Of a stretch of 64,000 nt of DNA, positions 36,800-46,044 are shown piece by piece (positions within the stretch are counted from its first letter, which is position 1; each line of letters begins with the position of its first letter). The notes beneath the pieces were generated by a model. It was given only the letters and a program-made list of their open reading frames with translations, was not told the DNA's origin and ran no database searches. Source of the stretch: Candidatus Fervidifonticultor sextus (lineage in GTDB: Bacteria > Sysuimicrobiota > Sysuimicrobiia > Sysuimicrobiales > Humicultoraceae); the NCBI GenBank assembly GCA_031459875.1, contig JAVKHQ010000004.1, forward strand, positions 32,001 through 96,000, written 5' to 3'. The position numbers and the translations under genes are program-made.

Positions 36800-37825
36800 A
36801 TGACACTGCTGATCCGCGAAGCCGACGTCGCCGCACTGCTGACCATGGACGACGTGCTCGCGGCGGTGGAAGCAGGATTCCGCGCGCTCGGCGAGGGAGC
36901 AGCGGTCAACCAGCCGCGCACCCGATCGGCGACCGCGGCGGGTGTGCTCCACGTCATGCACGCCGCGGCGCCATCGGTTGGGGTGATGGGCGTGAAGGCC
37001 TACGCCACGACGCCGCGCGGGTCGCGGTTCCTCGCCATCCTCTACCGCCTGGAAGACGGCGAGGCGGCAGCCATCGTGGAAGCCGACCTCCTGGGCCAAT
37101 TGCGCACCGGCGCGGCCAGCGGGGTGGCCACGAAGTACCTGGCCCGCGACGACGCGGGCGCGCTGGGCGTGATCGGCGCGGGCTTCCAGGCGCGCAGTCA
37201 GGTCCGGGCGATCTGCCGCGTCCGGCCCATCGCGCTCGTCAAGGTCTACAGCCGCTCCCCGCAGCGCCGGGAAGCCTTCGCCGCCGAGATGGTCGCCGAA
37301 CTGGGCATGGAGGTGGTCGCGACGGCCAGCGCCGAGGAGGCGGTCGAGGGCACGGACATCGTCGTGACCGCCACATCATCGCGCGATCCGGTGTTGCAGG
37401 GAGCGTGGCTTCGACCCGGGATGCACGTCAACGCCATCGGGTCCAACGCGGCGTGGCGGCAGGAGCTGGACACCGAAGCGGTCCGCCGCGCCGATGTGAT
37501 CGCCGTCGATGCCCTCGACCAGGCCCGCGTGGAGTGCGGCGACCTCATCGCGCCGGCGGAGGCGGGCCAGGCGGTCTGGGACCGGGTGATCGAACTGGGC
37601 GCCCTCGTCGCCGGACGCCACCCGGGTCGCACGGACCGGCGCCAGATCACCCTCTTCGAGTCGCAGGGCATCGCGCTCGAAGATGTGATGACGATGGAGG
37701 TGCTGCTCCGCCGGGCCCTGGCCGCCGGTGTCGGCCACGAGGTGCCACTGTCGCCGGGGGGCGGCCGTATCCGCCGGGACCCGCAGGGTGGCCCCGGGAG
37801 GCCGGGAGGGAAGACGACGTCGTGA
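36800..37825 (+). CDS. Ornithine cyclodeaminase / mu-crystallin family protein
   Basis: LGQLRTGAASGVATKYLAR, GVIGAGFQA, DIVVTAT, G.HVNAIGS, ITLFESQGIALED. Confidence 0.93.
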   Translation: MTLLIREADVAALLTMDDVLAAVEAGFRALGEGAAVNQPRTRSATAAGVLHVMHAAAPSVGVMGVKAYATTPRGSRFLAILYRLEDGEAAAIVEADLLGQLRTGAASGVATKYLARDDAGALGVIGAGFQARSQVRAICRVRPIALVKVYSRSPQRREAFAAEMVAELGMEVVATASAEEAVEGTDIVVTATSSRDPVLQGAWLRPGMHVNAIGSNAAWRQELDTEAVRRADVIAVDALDQARVECGDLIAPAEAGQAVWDRVIELGALVAGRHPGRTDRRQITLFESQGIALEDVMTMEVLLRRALAAGVGHEVPLSPGGGRIRRDPQGGPGRPGGKTTS

Positions 37826-37841
37826 CCGAGGAGGACAGGCA

Positions 37842-39329
37842 GTGACCGTCCGCGTGACCGTCGCCGACCCGCTCACGCACCGCTGTGATGTGCTGGCGCT
37901 GGGCGTCTTCTCGGCGCCCGGCCGGCTCGAGGGGATCGCCGCCAAGGTGGACCAGGCGTTGGGCGGCATGCTGGCCCGCGCGCTCCACGAAGAGCGGTTC
38001 ACCGGTGAACTGGCCCAGGTGTTCCTCCTCCACACGCATGCCCGCCTGCCGGCCGGACGGATCGGCGTCGTGGGACTGGGCGGGCGGGATCAGTTCACCC
38101 TGGAACGACTGCGCCTCGCCGCAGCGGCGGTCGCGCGGGCGGCCCAGGACCGCCGGCTGACACGGCTGGCCTACCCCCCGCTGCAGCACCGGGACTGGGA
38201 GCCCGCAGCCATCGCGGCCGCGCGGACCGAAGGCGCATTGCTGGGCACCTACCAGTTCACGAAGTACCGCAAGGACAAGGGCACCCAGGTGGACATCGAC
38301 CTGCTGGCCGCGAACCGGGCGGAGTCGGCGGCGGTCGAGATCGGCCGGCGCCGCGGACAGGTCACGGCCGACGCCGTCAACTACGCGCGCGACCTGGTGA
38401 ACGAGCCCGCCAACGTCCTGACCCCGGAGGCCCTGGCCGCGGAGGCGCGCCGCATCACCCGGGGCACCAAGCTCAAGGTCCAGGTGTGGGGCCCCCAGGA
38501 CCTCAAGAAGCGGGGCATGGAGGTCATCCTGGCGGTCGGCGGCGCCAGCGCCCACACGCCGCGCATGATCCTCCTGGACTACGCCCCGTCCAAGCCCCGG
38601 CGTGCCGTGGCGCTGGCCGGCAAGGGCGTCACCTTCGACACCGGCGGGGTGAACATCAAGTCCTTCGAGGGGATGTCCACCATGAAGACCGACATGGCCG
38701 GGGCCGCGGCGGTGCTGGCCACCATGCGCGCGCTGCCGCTGCTGCAGCCGCCGGTGCGGGTGACCGCCGCCATCGTCGCGGTCGAGAATGCGCTCGGCAG
38801 CCGCGCCATGCGCCCCGGCGATATCCTCACCGCGGTGAACGGCACGACCATCGAGATCACCAACACCGACGCCGAGGGCCGGCTGATCCTGGCCGAGACC
38901 GTCGCCCACCTGGCCGCCGGCAAGCCCGACGAGATGATCGACGTGGCGACCCTGACCGGCGCCGCGTCCATTGCCCTGGGCCCCTACGCGGCCGCGATCA
39001 TGGGCAGCGACCAGGGGCTCGTGGACCGGCTGGTGGCCGCCGGCGGCCGGGCGGGCGAACGCCTGGTGGCGCTGCCACTGTACGAGGAATACCGGCAGGC
39101 GATGCGCAGCGAGACCGCCGACATCAAGAACTCGGGCACCCGGCCGGGCGGAGCCCAGAAGGGCGCCATCTTCATCCGGGAGTTCACCGGCGGCGTGCCC
39201 TGGGCGCACCTCGACATCGCGCCCGTAGCCTACTTCGAGCGCGAGGAGGGCACGAGCCCGCTGCAGCCCAGGGGCGCCTCGGGATACGGCGTGCGGACGC
39301 TGCTGGAATACCTGACGGCGCGGAGTTAG
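37842..39329 (+). CDS. pepA: Leucyl aminopeptidase (M17)
   Basis: ARDLVNEPAN, GKGVTFDTGG, MKTDMAG, NTDAEGRLILA, ATLTGA, WAHLDIA. Confidence 0.95.
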   Translation: MTVRVTVADPLTHRCDVLALGVFSAPGRLEGIAAKVDQALGGMLARALHEERFTGELAQVFLLHTHARLPAGRIGVVGLGGRDQFTLERLRLAAAAVARAAQDRRLTRLAYPPLQHRDWEPAAIAAARTEGALLGTYQFTKYRKDKGTQVDIDLLAANRAESAAVEIGRRRGQVTADAVNYARDLVNEPANVLTPEALAAEARRITRGTKLKVQVWGPQDLKKRGMEVILAVGGASAHTPRMILLDYAPSKPRRAVALAGKGVTFDTGGVNIKSFEGMSTMKTDMAGAAAVLATMRALPLLQPPVRVTAAIVAVENALGSRAMRPGDILTAVNGTTIEITNTDAEGRLILAETVAHLAAGKPDEMIDVATLTGAASIALGPYAAAIMGSDQGLVDRLVAAGGRAGERLVALPLYEEYRQAMRSETADIKNSGTRPGGAQKGAIFIREFTGGVPWAHLDIAPVAYFEREEGTSPLQPRGASGYGVRTLLEYLTARS

Positions 39330-40714
39330 ACGGTCTTCAACTCCTGCAGGATGCGCACCAGCGCCTCCCGTCCGTCGGCGAAGAACATCCGCGTCTTGTC
39401 CATGTAGAACAGGTCGTTGTCCACGCCGGCGAAGCCGGGGGCCAGGCTGCGTTTGATCACGATGACGTGCTTGGCCCGATCCACATCCAGGATCGGCATG
39501 CCGTAGAGCGGGCTGGAGCGGTCGGAACGCGCTGCGGGGTTGACCACGTCGTTGGCCCCCAGCACCAGCGCCACGTCCGCATCGGGGAACTCGCCGTTGA
39601 TGACCTCCATGTCCACGAGTTTGTCGTAGGGGATGTCGGCTTCGGCCAGCAGCACGTTCATGTGCCCTGGCATCCGGCCGGCCACGGGGTGGATGGCGAA
39701 TTTCACGGAGACCCCGCGGGCTTCCAGCGCCTTCATCAGTTCGCGGACCTCGTTCTGCGCCCGCGAGACGGCCAGGCCGTAGCCGGGCGCGATGATCACG
39801 TTGCGCGCGTAGGCCAGCAGCGTCGCCGCCTCGTCGGCCTGGATGGACTGCGCGGTCCTGCCCGCTGCCGCACCCGTGGCCTGCACGGTGGCGCCGAAGG
39901 CCCCGAAAAGGACGTTGGCCACCGACCGGTTCATCGCCCAGCACATGATCCGGGTCAGCAGCACGCCCGACGACCCCACCAGGGCGCCGCTCACGATGAG
40001 GACGTGGTTGTGCAGCACGAAGCCGGCCCCGGCAGCCGCCAGGCCCGAAAAGGCGTTGAGCAACGCGATCATCACCGGCATGTCCGCGCCGCCCACCGGC
40101 AGCACGAAGAGCACTCCGAGGGCCAGCGAGAGGGCCAGTACCACATAGAAGGGTGCCATCACGGGGCCTGAGACGGTGGCCTGCAGGATCAGGTAGACCG
40201 CCAGACCCGCTGCCGCCAGGAAGACCGCCGCGTTGCCCGCCTGCTGGAACCGGTAGATGATGGGACGGCCGGAGACGAGCTCCTGGAGCTTGGCGAAGGC
40301 CATCACCGAGCCTGAGAGGGTGGCGGCGCCCACCAGGGTGGTGAACATGATGCTGATGGGCACGTCCAGCGCGACCCGCCCCGGGGTCAGGACCCAGAAC
40401 TCCGCCCAGGCGACCAGCATCGAGGCGCCGCCGCCGACCCCGTTGAACAGCGCCACCATCTGCGGCATCGCGGTCATCGCCGCCTTTCGCGCGGCCACCG
40501 CCCCGATGGTCGACCCGAGCAGCATCCCCGGGATGATGTACTCGAAGCGGGCAATCCCCTGGTGGAACAGGGTGGCCACGATGGCGATGGCCATGCCCAG
40601 GGCGCCGACCAGGTTCCCGGTGCGGGCGGTCCTGGGTGAACTCAACCACTTGAGGGCGATGATGAAGGTGACGCCGGCCAGCAGGTACGCCAGTTCGATG
40701 AAGATGATCGTCAT
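39326..40714 (-). CDS. pntB: NAD(P) transhydrogenase subunit beta
   Basis: MTAMPQMVALFNG.GG, GGADMPV, CWAMNRS, PGYGLAV, IHPVAGRMPGHMNVLLAEA, GANDVVNP. Confidence 0.96.
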   Translation of the reverse strand: MTIIFIELAYLLAGVTFIIALKWLSSPRTARTGNLVGALGMAIAIVATLFHQGIARFEYIIPGMLLGSTIGAVAARKAAMTAMPQMVALFNGVGGGASMLVAWAEFWVLTPGRVALDVPISIMFTTLVGAATLSGSVMAFAKLQELVSGRPIIYRFQQAGNAAVFLAAAGLAVYLILQATVSGPVMAPFYVVLALSLALGVLFVLPVGGADMPVMIALLNAFSGLAAAGAGFVLHNHVLIVSGALVGSSGVLLTRIMCWAMNRSVANVLFGAFGATVQATGAAAGRTAQSIQADEAATLLAYARNVIIAPGYGLAVSRAQNEVRELMKALEARGVSVKFAIHPVAGRMPGHMNVLLAEADIPYDKLVDMEVINGEFPDADVALVLGANDVVNPAARSDRSSPLYGMPILDVDRAKHVIVIKRSLAPGFAGVDNDLFYMDKTRMFFADGREALVRILQELKTV

Positions 40715-41019
40715 CTCCGCGGCTGCGTCCCGTCGTCGCCCGGCTTGCGCTTGAACATCTCCAGCATCCGGTCGGTGACCACGAAGCCACCGACGACGTT
40801 GATCATGGCCAGGGTCACGGCGACGAATCCCAGGACCGAGCGGGCCGGCTCGCCCACGGCGCCGGCAATCAGGAGCGCGCCGATGATGGCGATGCCAGAG
40901 ATGGCGTTGGACCCCGACATGAGTGGCGTGTGGAGCAGCCGCGGCACCTTGGAGATGACCTCGAACCCCACAAAGGTGGCCAGGATGAAGATGTTGAGGG
41001 CGAAGAGCAACTCGGCCAT
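40711..41019 (-). CDS. pntAb: NAD(P) transhydrogenase subunit alpha, part 2 (membrane)
   Basis: KVPRLLHTPLMSGSNAISG, NVVGGFVVTDRMLEMF. Confidence 0.95.
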   Translation of the reverse strand: MAELLFALNIFILATFVGFEVISKVPRLLHTPLMSGSNAISGIAIIGALLIAGAVGEPARSVLGFVAVTLAMINVVGGFVVTDRMLEMFKRKPGDDGTQPRR

Positions 41020-41022
41020 GGC

Positions 41023-42180
41023 TCAGGCTCCTCCCCCGGCCGACGCCGCGGCGGCGGCCGGGACGCCGGGGGGCCGGCCGTCGCGCACCACGCAGCTTTC
41101 GCGGACGATGGGGTCGTCGAAGTCCAGCGCCAGGGCACCGTCCCTGGTCATGTTGAGCAGGAAGGTGGAGATGGTCCGCGCGTAGAGCTGGCTCGCCAGC
41201 GCCGGCATGGTGGCAGGGAGGTTCACCGGGCCGATGATGGTCACGCCGGTGCGCTGGACGGTCTTCCCGGCCTCCGTCCATTCGCAGTTGCCGCCGTGTT
41301 CGGCGGCCAGGTCCACGATCACCGATCCCGGCTTCATCTGGGCGATCATGTCGGCCGCGATGAGCACGGGCGCCTTCTTGCCCGGCACCAGCGCCGCCGT
41401 AATGACGATGTCGGCCTCCTTCACCGCCCCGGTCATCAACTCGCGCAGGCGGCGCTCCTCTTCCTCGGCAATGCCCCTGGCATAGCCGCTGGCGTCGGCT
41501 TCGCTGACAATGCCCAGGGCGAGGAAGCGGGCGCCCAGGCTCTCGACCTCCTGCTTCACGGCGGGCCGGACGTCGTAGGCCGAGACCACCCCGCCCAGCC
41601 GGCGCGCGGTGGCGACGGCCTGCAGACCGGCCACGCCGCACCCCACGACGAGGACCTTGGCCGGCGCGATGGTCCCGGCCGCCGTGGACAGCATCGGGAA
41701 GAGGCGGTGGTAGGCGCCAGCCGCCAGGATCACGGCCTTGTAGCCCGACAGCGTGCTCATCGCCGAGCGGGCGTCCATTGGCTGGGCGCGGCTGATGCGG
41801 GGGATCAGGTCCATGCTGAAGTAGGTCACGCGACGATCAGCGAGCCGGCGCATCAGGTCCATCTCGGCCGAAGGCACCAGGAAGCTTATGACAACGGCCC
41901 CGGGCGCCAGCAGGTCCACCTCGTGGGCGCCGGCCGCCTCGTTCATCCGCAGCGGGGCAACCTTGAGGACGACCTCGGCCTGACGGTAGAGGCTGGCGGC
42001 ATCCGGCATGATCCGGGCGCCAGCCTCAGTGTAGTCCCGGTTGTGGTAGAGTGCCGCCTCGCCGGCGCCGGCCTCCACCAGGACCTCCATCCTGGCCTTG
42101 ACCAGGCGCTCGACCACGGCCGGGACCAGCCCGACGCGGGTCTCGCCAGGCGCAATTTCCTTCGGAACCCCGATCTTCAC
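41023..42180 (-). CDS. pntAa: NAD(P) transhydrogenase subunit alpha, part 1 (soluble dI)
   Basis: IGVPKE...GETRV, PRISRAQ.MD, TAAGTI.PA, G.GVAGLQA, DIVITAAL.PG..AP, DLAAE.GGNCE. Confidence 0.95.
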   Translation of the reverse strand: MKIGVPKEIAPGETRVGLVPAVVERLVKARMEVLVEAGAGEAALYHNRDYTEAGARIMPDAASLYRQAEVVLKVAPLRMNEAAGAHEVDLLAPGAVVISFLVPSAEMDLMRRLADRRVTYFSMDLIPRISRAQPMDARSAMSTLSGYKAVILAAGAYHRLFPMLSTAAGTIAPAKVLVVGCGVAGLQAVATARRLGGVVSAYDVRPAVKQEVESLGARFLALGIVSEADASGYARGIAEEEERRLRELMTGAVKEADIVITAALVPGKKAPVLIAADMIAQMKPGSVIVDLAAEHGGNCEWTEAGKTVQRTGVTIIGPVNLPATMPALASQLYARTISTFLLNMTRDGALALDFDDPIVRESCVVRDGRPPGVPAAAAASAGGGA

Positions 42181-42376
42181 GGGAACCTCCCGGGTGCAAT
42201 GGTGGGACAGGACCGAGTGCGGGAATCACGCCGCGTCTGGGGAAACTGCGGCCGGAGTGGGTGGGGAACCATCACCTGCACCATCATCATAAATTACAGA
42301 GGAGCCCGGCCGGCGCCTATCCTGTCCAGACCCGATCTCCGGTCTGCCCCCAAGCCCCGGTGGCGGCCGGAGCGAC

Positions 42377-43033
42377 CTAGACCGGCGCCCAGATCTCCCG
42401 CCGGGCGGGCAGTGAGGACGGGGTGATGGTCACCGACGATCCCACCCGCTTGACCCCGGTCTTGCCTTTGAGGTAGTCGTCCAGGGTCCCGATGGGCCAG
42501 GAGGCGTTGGCCTGGGTCTTGAAGTGCATGGGAATTGCCACCCGGGGCTGCAACTGGTCGATGACCTGGTCGGCCTCGGCCGGTCCGATGGTATAGTACC
42601 CGCCGACCGGGACCATCAACACATCCACCTTGCCGATTGCCCGGACCTGCTCGTCGGTGAGGACGTGGCCCAGGTCGCCCAGGTGCACGAGCCGCAGTCC
42701 CTCGACCTCGTAGATGGTCACGGTGTTCTTGCCGCGGGCGGCACCCTGCTCCGTATCGTGATAGGTGGGGACGCCGGTGATGCGCACGGGCCCCACCCGC
42801 TCGTCGAGTGCCGCCCACGCCTTCCCCTCCTGCGCGAGCCCGCGGATGACCCGCGGCCTGCCGCCGCACAGCCCCACGTTGTTATGGTCGAAGTGCTCGT
42901 GGCTGACAACTACGGCGTCGGGCGCCACGTTGGGCTTCGGGTGCCCGATGTCGTCGTTGAAGGGGTCGATGGCGATCGTCACGCCACCCGAGGAGAGAGT
43001 GAACATCGAGTGCCCGCAGTGCCGCAGTTCCAC
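42377..43033 (-). CDS. MBL-fold metallo-hydrolase (Lactamase_B_3-like)
   Basis: GHS.F, IDPF, SHEHFDHN, HD...GA.RG.N, HLGDLG, PVGG.YTI, IPMHF. Confidence 0.9.
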   Translation of the reverse strand: MELRHCGHSMFTLSSGGVTIAIDPFNDDIGHPKPNVAPDAVVVSHEHFDHNNVGLCGGRPRVIRGLAQEGKAWAALDERVGPVRITGVPTYHDTEQGAARGKNTVTIYEVEGLRLVHLGDLGHVLTDEQVRAIGKVDVLMVPVGGYYTIGPAEADQVIDQLQPRVAIPMHFKTQANASWPIGTLDDYLKGKTGVKRVGSSVTITPSSLPARREIWAPV

Positions 43034-43058
43034 TCCCGGTCACCTCCAGCCAGATCAT

Positions 43059-43736
43059 CTATGACGGACGGAACACACTGTGATACACCCATCCGGCCAC
43101 CACACCGCCGATGAGCGGACCGACCCAGTAGACCACGTGGTTCGTCCAGACCCCGGCGAACAGCGCGGGCCCAAACGCCCGCGCCGGGTTCATCGCCGCC
43201 CCGGTCAGGGGGCCGCCGGCCAGGATGTCCATGGCCAGCACCAGCCCGATGAACAGCCCGCCCGCCGCCCGGGGGCCCCGCTCGTCCACGGCGGTTCCGA
43301 ACACCACGAAGACGAGGAAGAAGGTCAGAAGGGCCTCCACCACGATCCCGGTGCCGGCGCTGGCGCCCTCGGCGAGGACCGGCGTTCCCAGGACCGCAGC
43401 CTGCCGAACGGCCTCCGGGAACGAGGCGGTGAGGAAGAACGCGCCGAGCGACGCCCCGACCAACTGCGCCAGCGCGTACGCCGCGCCGGTGCCGGGCGCC
43501 ATGCGGCCGGTCGCCACGAAGGCGGCGGTCACCGCGGGGTTGATGTGCCCGCCCGAGAGATGCCCGGTCGCCGAGACCATCGTGGCCAGCGCCACGGCGT
43601 GCGCCAGGGCGATGCCCACCGGCCCCACCTTGCCGCCGGTCAGCGCGTCGGCCAGGATGGCTCCCGAGCCGATGAAGACCAGCGTGAACGTGCCGACGAG
43701 TTCCGCGACCAGGGCTTTCCAGACGGGTTGGGACAT
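43059..43736 (-). CDS. MIP family channel (aquaporin)
   Basis: AELVGTF, SGGHINPAVT, AMNPARAFGP, VYWVGP. Confidence 0.95.
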   Translation of the reverse strand: MSQPVWKALVAELVGTFTLVFIGSGAILADALTGGKVGPVGIALAHAVALATMVSATGHLSGGHINPAVTAAFVATGRMAPGTGAAYALAQLVGASLGAFFLTASFPEAVRQAAVLGTPVLAEGASAGTGIVVEALLTFFLVFVVFGTAVDERGPRAAGGLFIGLVLAMDILAGGPLTGAAMNPARAFGPALFAGVWTNHVVYWVGPLIGGVVAGWVYHSVFRPS

Positions 43737-43848
43737 GGCCGGCCTCCTCTCCCTGTTGCCTTTCAGCCTCCGGCGGGCCGTTCCTGCCTCGGGCGTGCGG
43801 CGAGACGGTGGGACGTCGTCCGCGCGGCCCCATGATAGAATGGGCGCC

Positions 43849-45594
43849 GTGAAACGCACCTTCCGCACCCTCGACGAGACGTACCGGCTCCTCGCCGTCG
43901 CGCGCGGGGAGGCCCCGCCCGACCTGCTGATCGCCGGCGGTGAGGTCCTCAACGTGTATTCCGGCGAGGTCTATCCCGCCGTGGTGGCGACCTCCGGCGG
44001 GCGGATCGCCTACGTGGGCACCCACCCGATCCCCCCCGGACCCGCCACGACGGTGATCGACGCGCGCGGCCGCCTCGCGGTACCTGGCTACATCGACCCG
44101 CACGCGCATCCCATGGCACTGGTCACCCCGGTGGCGTTCGCGCGCGCCGTGCTGCCGCGCGGAACCACGGCCGTGGTGGCCGACACGCTGCTGCTGCTCG
44201 GCCTCTTGGCTCCGGAGCGCGTGCGCCAGGTCGTGGCGGCGCTGGCCGCGCTGCCCTGCCGGTTCTTCTGGTTCCTGCGGCTGCACGCCCAGACCCACGA
44301 TCCCGAAGACTCCCTCGTGACCGACGAGCGCCTGGGGGACCTGCTGGCCCTCGACGACGTGCGCGCAGTCGGCGAGCTCACGCGGTGGCCGCAGGTCTAC
44401 GCGGGCGATCCCGCGCTGCTGACCCGCATGAGCCGCGGGCTGGCCGCCGGCCGCCGCGTGGAGGGTCACGCGCCCGGCGTCTCGGGGGATCGGCTCCAGG
44501 TGCTGGCCGCCGCCGGGATCTCCTCCGACCACGAGGCGATCTCCGCGGACCAGGCGCTCGACCGCCTGCGGGCCGGACTCTACGTCATGCTGCGCCACGG
44601 CTCGCTGCGCGCCGACCTGCCCGCGCTGGCGGCCGCCACCACCCTCCGCGCCTCCTCCGGCCGCCTCATGCTGACCCCTGATGGCCCTGATCCGGTCTTC
44701 ATCCACTCGAAGGGCTATATGGACCACCTGGTGGATCTCGCCATCCGCCTGGGCATCGAACCTGCGGCGGCCTACCAGATGGCGACGGTCAACCCGGCGA
44801 CCTACTACAGCCTGGATGAGGAGCTGGGCGGCCTGGCACCGGGTCGGCGCGCTGACATCCTGCTGTTGGAAGGGATCGCCCGCCCCCAGCCCCAGACCGT
44901 CGTCGCCGGTGGCCAGGTGGTCGCGGCAGACGGCCGTCTGGTGGCCGACGTGCCGGACCTGCCCTGGGAGGCATGGGTGCGCCCCTACACCCCCGGACCG
45001 TGGCGCCCCGACCCCTCGGTGTTCGCGCTGGACGGGATGCCGTCGCCGGCCCCGGCCATGCACCTGGAGAACGCGGTGATCGCCAGCCGCAGGGACGTCG
45101 CCCTCGACAGGGAGCCGCCGCCCGGCGTGTTGCGGCTGATCCTCCTGGATCCGGCGGGCCGCTGGCGGTGCCGGGCGTTGCTCTCGGGGTTCGCCGATGA
45201 TCTGGGCGGCCTGGCCTCCACGTGGACGACGGGGGCCGGGATGTACGTCATCGGGCGCCGCCCTCGGGACATGGCCGCAGCCGCCTCGCGCGTCCTGGAC
45301 CTGGGCGGCGGCATCGTCTGGGCCGAGGACGGCCTCGTGCGGTTCGAACTGCCGCTGCCGCTGGGCGGAAAGATGTCCCCGGACTCCGTCGTTGATGTGG
45401 CCGCGGCCGTCGAGACGCTGACCGCTCTCCTGCGTGCGAGAGGGTACCGGCACCAGGACCTGACCTACACGCTGCTGTTCCTGGGATTCGACTCGCTGCC
45501 GTACCTGCGCCTGACCTACCGGGGGGTGTGGGACGTCCTGGCGGGGCAGGTGCTCCTGCCCCGCGAAGTGCTCGCTGGGGACGCGAAGAGGTGA
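43849..45594 (+). CDS. ade: Adenine deaminase family amidohydrolase (YerA-like)
   Basis: LLAVARGE, NVYSGE, PGYIDPHAHP, RGTT, EGHAPG, DHE, LRHGSLR.DL, A.Q.AT.NPA.Y, LAPGR.AD; start is GTG 43849 (leaderless) or ATG 43840. Confidence 0.88.
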   Translation: MKRTFRTLDETYRLLAVARGEAPPDLLIAGGEVLNVYSGEVYPAVVATSGGRIAYVGTHPIPPGPATTVIDARGRLAVPGYIDPHAHPMALVTPVAFARAVLPRGTTAVVADTLLLLGLLAPERVRQVVAALAALPCRFFWFLRLHAQTHDPEDSLVTDERLGDLLALDDVRAVGELTRWPQVYAGDPALLTRMSRGLAAGRRVEGHAPGVSGDRLQVLAAAGISSDHEAISADQALDRLRAGLYVMLRHGSLRADLPALAAATTLRASSGRLMLTPDGPDPVFIHSKGYMDHLVDLAIRLGIEPAAAYQMATVNPATYYSLDEELGGLAPGRRADILLLEGIARPQPQTVVAGGQVVAADGRLVADVPDLPWEAWVRPYTPGPWRPDPSVFALDGMPSPAPAMHLENAVIASRRDVALDREPPPGVLRLILLDPAGRWRCRALLSGFADDLGGLASTWTTGAGMYVIGRRPRDMAAAASRVLDLGGGIVWAEDGLVRFELPLPLGGKMSPDSVVDVAAAVETLTALLRARGYRHQDLTYTLLFLGFDSLPYLRLTYRGVWDVLAGQVLLPREVLAGDAKR

Positions 45595-45600
45595 GGGAGA

Positions 45601-46044
45601 GTGAAGACGCAGATCACCTGGACTCCACCGATGCGGTTCGACGGCACCGCCGAGAGCGGCGGGACGCTGGTCATGGACGCCAGACCCGAGCACGGCGGCA
45701 GCGGCGCCGGCCCGTCCCCGATGGAGACGGTCCTGATGGCCATGGCGGGATGCACCGGCATGGACGTGGTCAGCATCCTCCAGAAGATGCGCGCGCCGCT
45801 GAAACATCTGACGATCACGGTCGACGGTGAGCGGGCTGCCGAGCACCCGAAGGTGTTCACGAACATCCACATCCGCTACGAGGCCTCCGGAGCGGGGTTG
45901 ACACGCGAGCAGGTGGAACGGGCCGTGACGCTGTCGCTGGAGAAGTACTGCTCGGTGACGGCCATGCTGCGCCAGACCGCCGAGATCACCCACGAGATCG
46001 TGCTCCCGGCGGACGTGCCGGCCCGCTCGCACCCCGGCGTCTGA
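45601..46044 (+). CDS. OsmC/YhfA family protein
   Basis: GPSPME, AGCTGMDVVSILQK, PKVF..I, AV.LS..KYCSV. Confidence 0.92.
   Translation: MKTQITWTPPMRFDGTAESGGTLVMDARPEHGGSGAGPSPMETVLMAMAGCTGMDVVSILQKMRAPLKHLTITVDGERAAEHPKVFTNIHIRYEASGAGLTREQVERAVTLSLEKYCSVTAMLRQTAEITHEIVLPADVPARSHPGV

Noticed and set aside
36800..37825. SbnI + SbnA + SbnB diaminopropionate/siderophore pathway (kinase, cysteine-synthase homologue and this cyclodeaminase)
   Set aside because: The cyclodeaminase is 36 kb away in an operon with pepA, there is no NIS/NRPS synthetase, and the PLP enzyme sits beside a sulfur carrier. Cysteine synthesis is the simpler reading, though not formally proven.
39326..42180. Split pntA as a frameshifted pseudogene
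   Set aside because: The three-gene pntAa/pntAb/pntB organisation is a well-known natural arrangement, and each part has its own start and complete motifs.
42181..42376. Rex operator upstream of pntA
   Set aside because: An AT-rich patch is present but there is no TTGTGAA-N4-TTCACAA-like palindrome.
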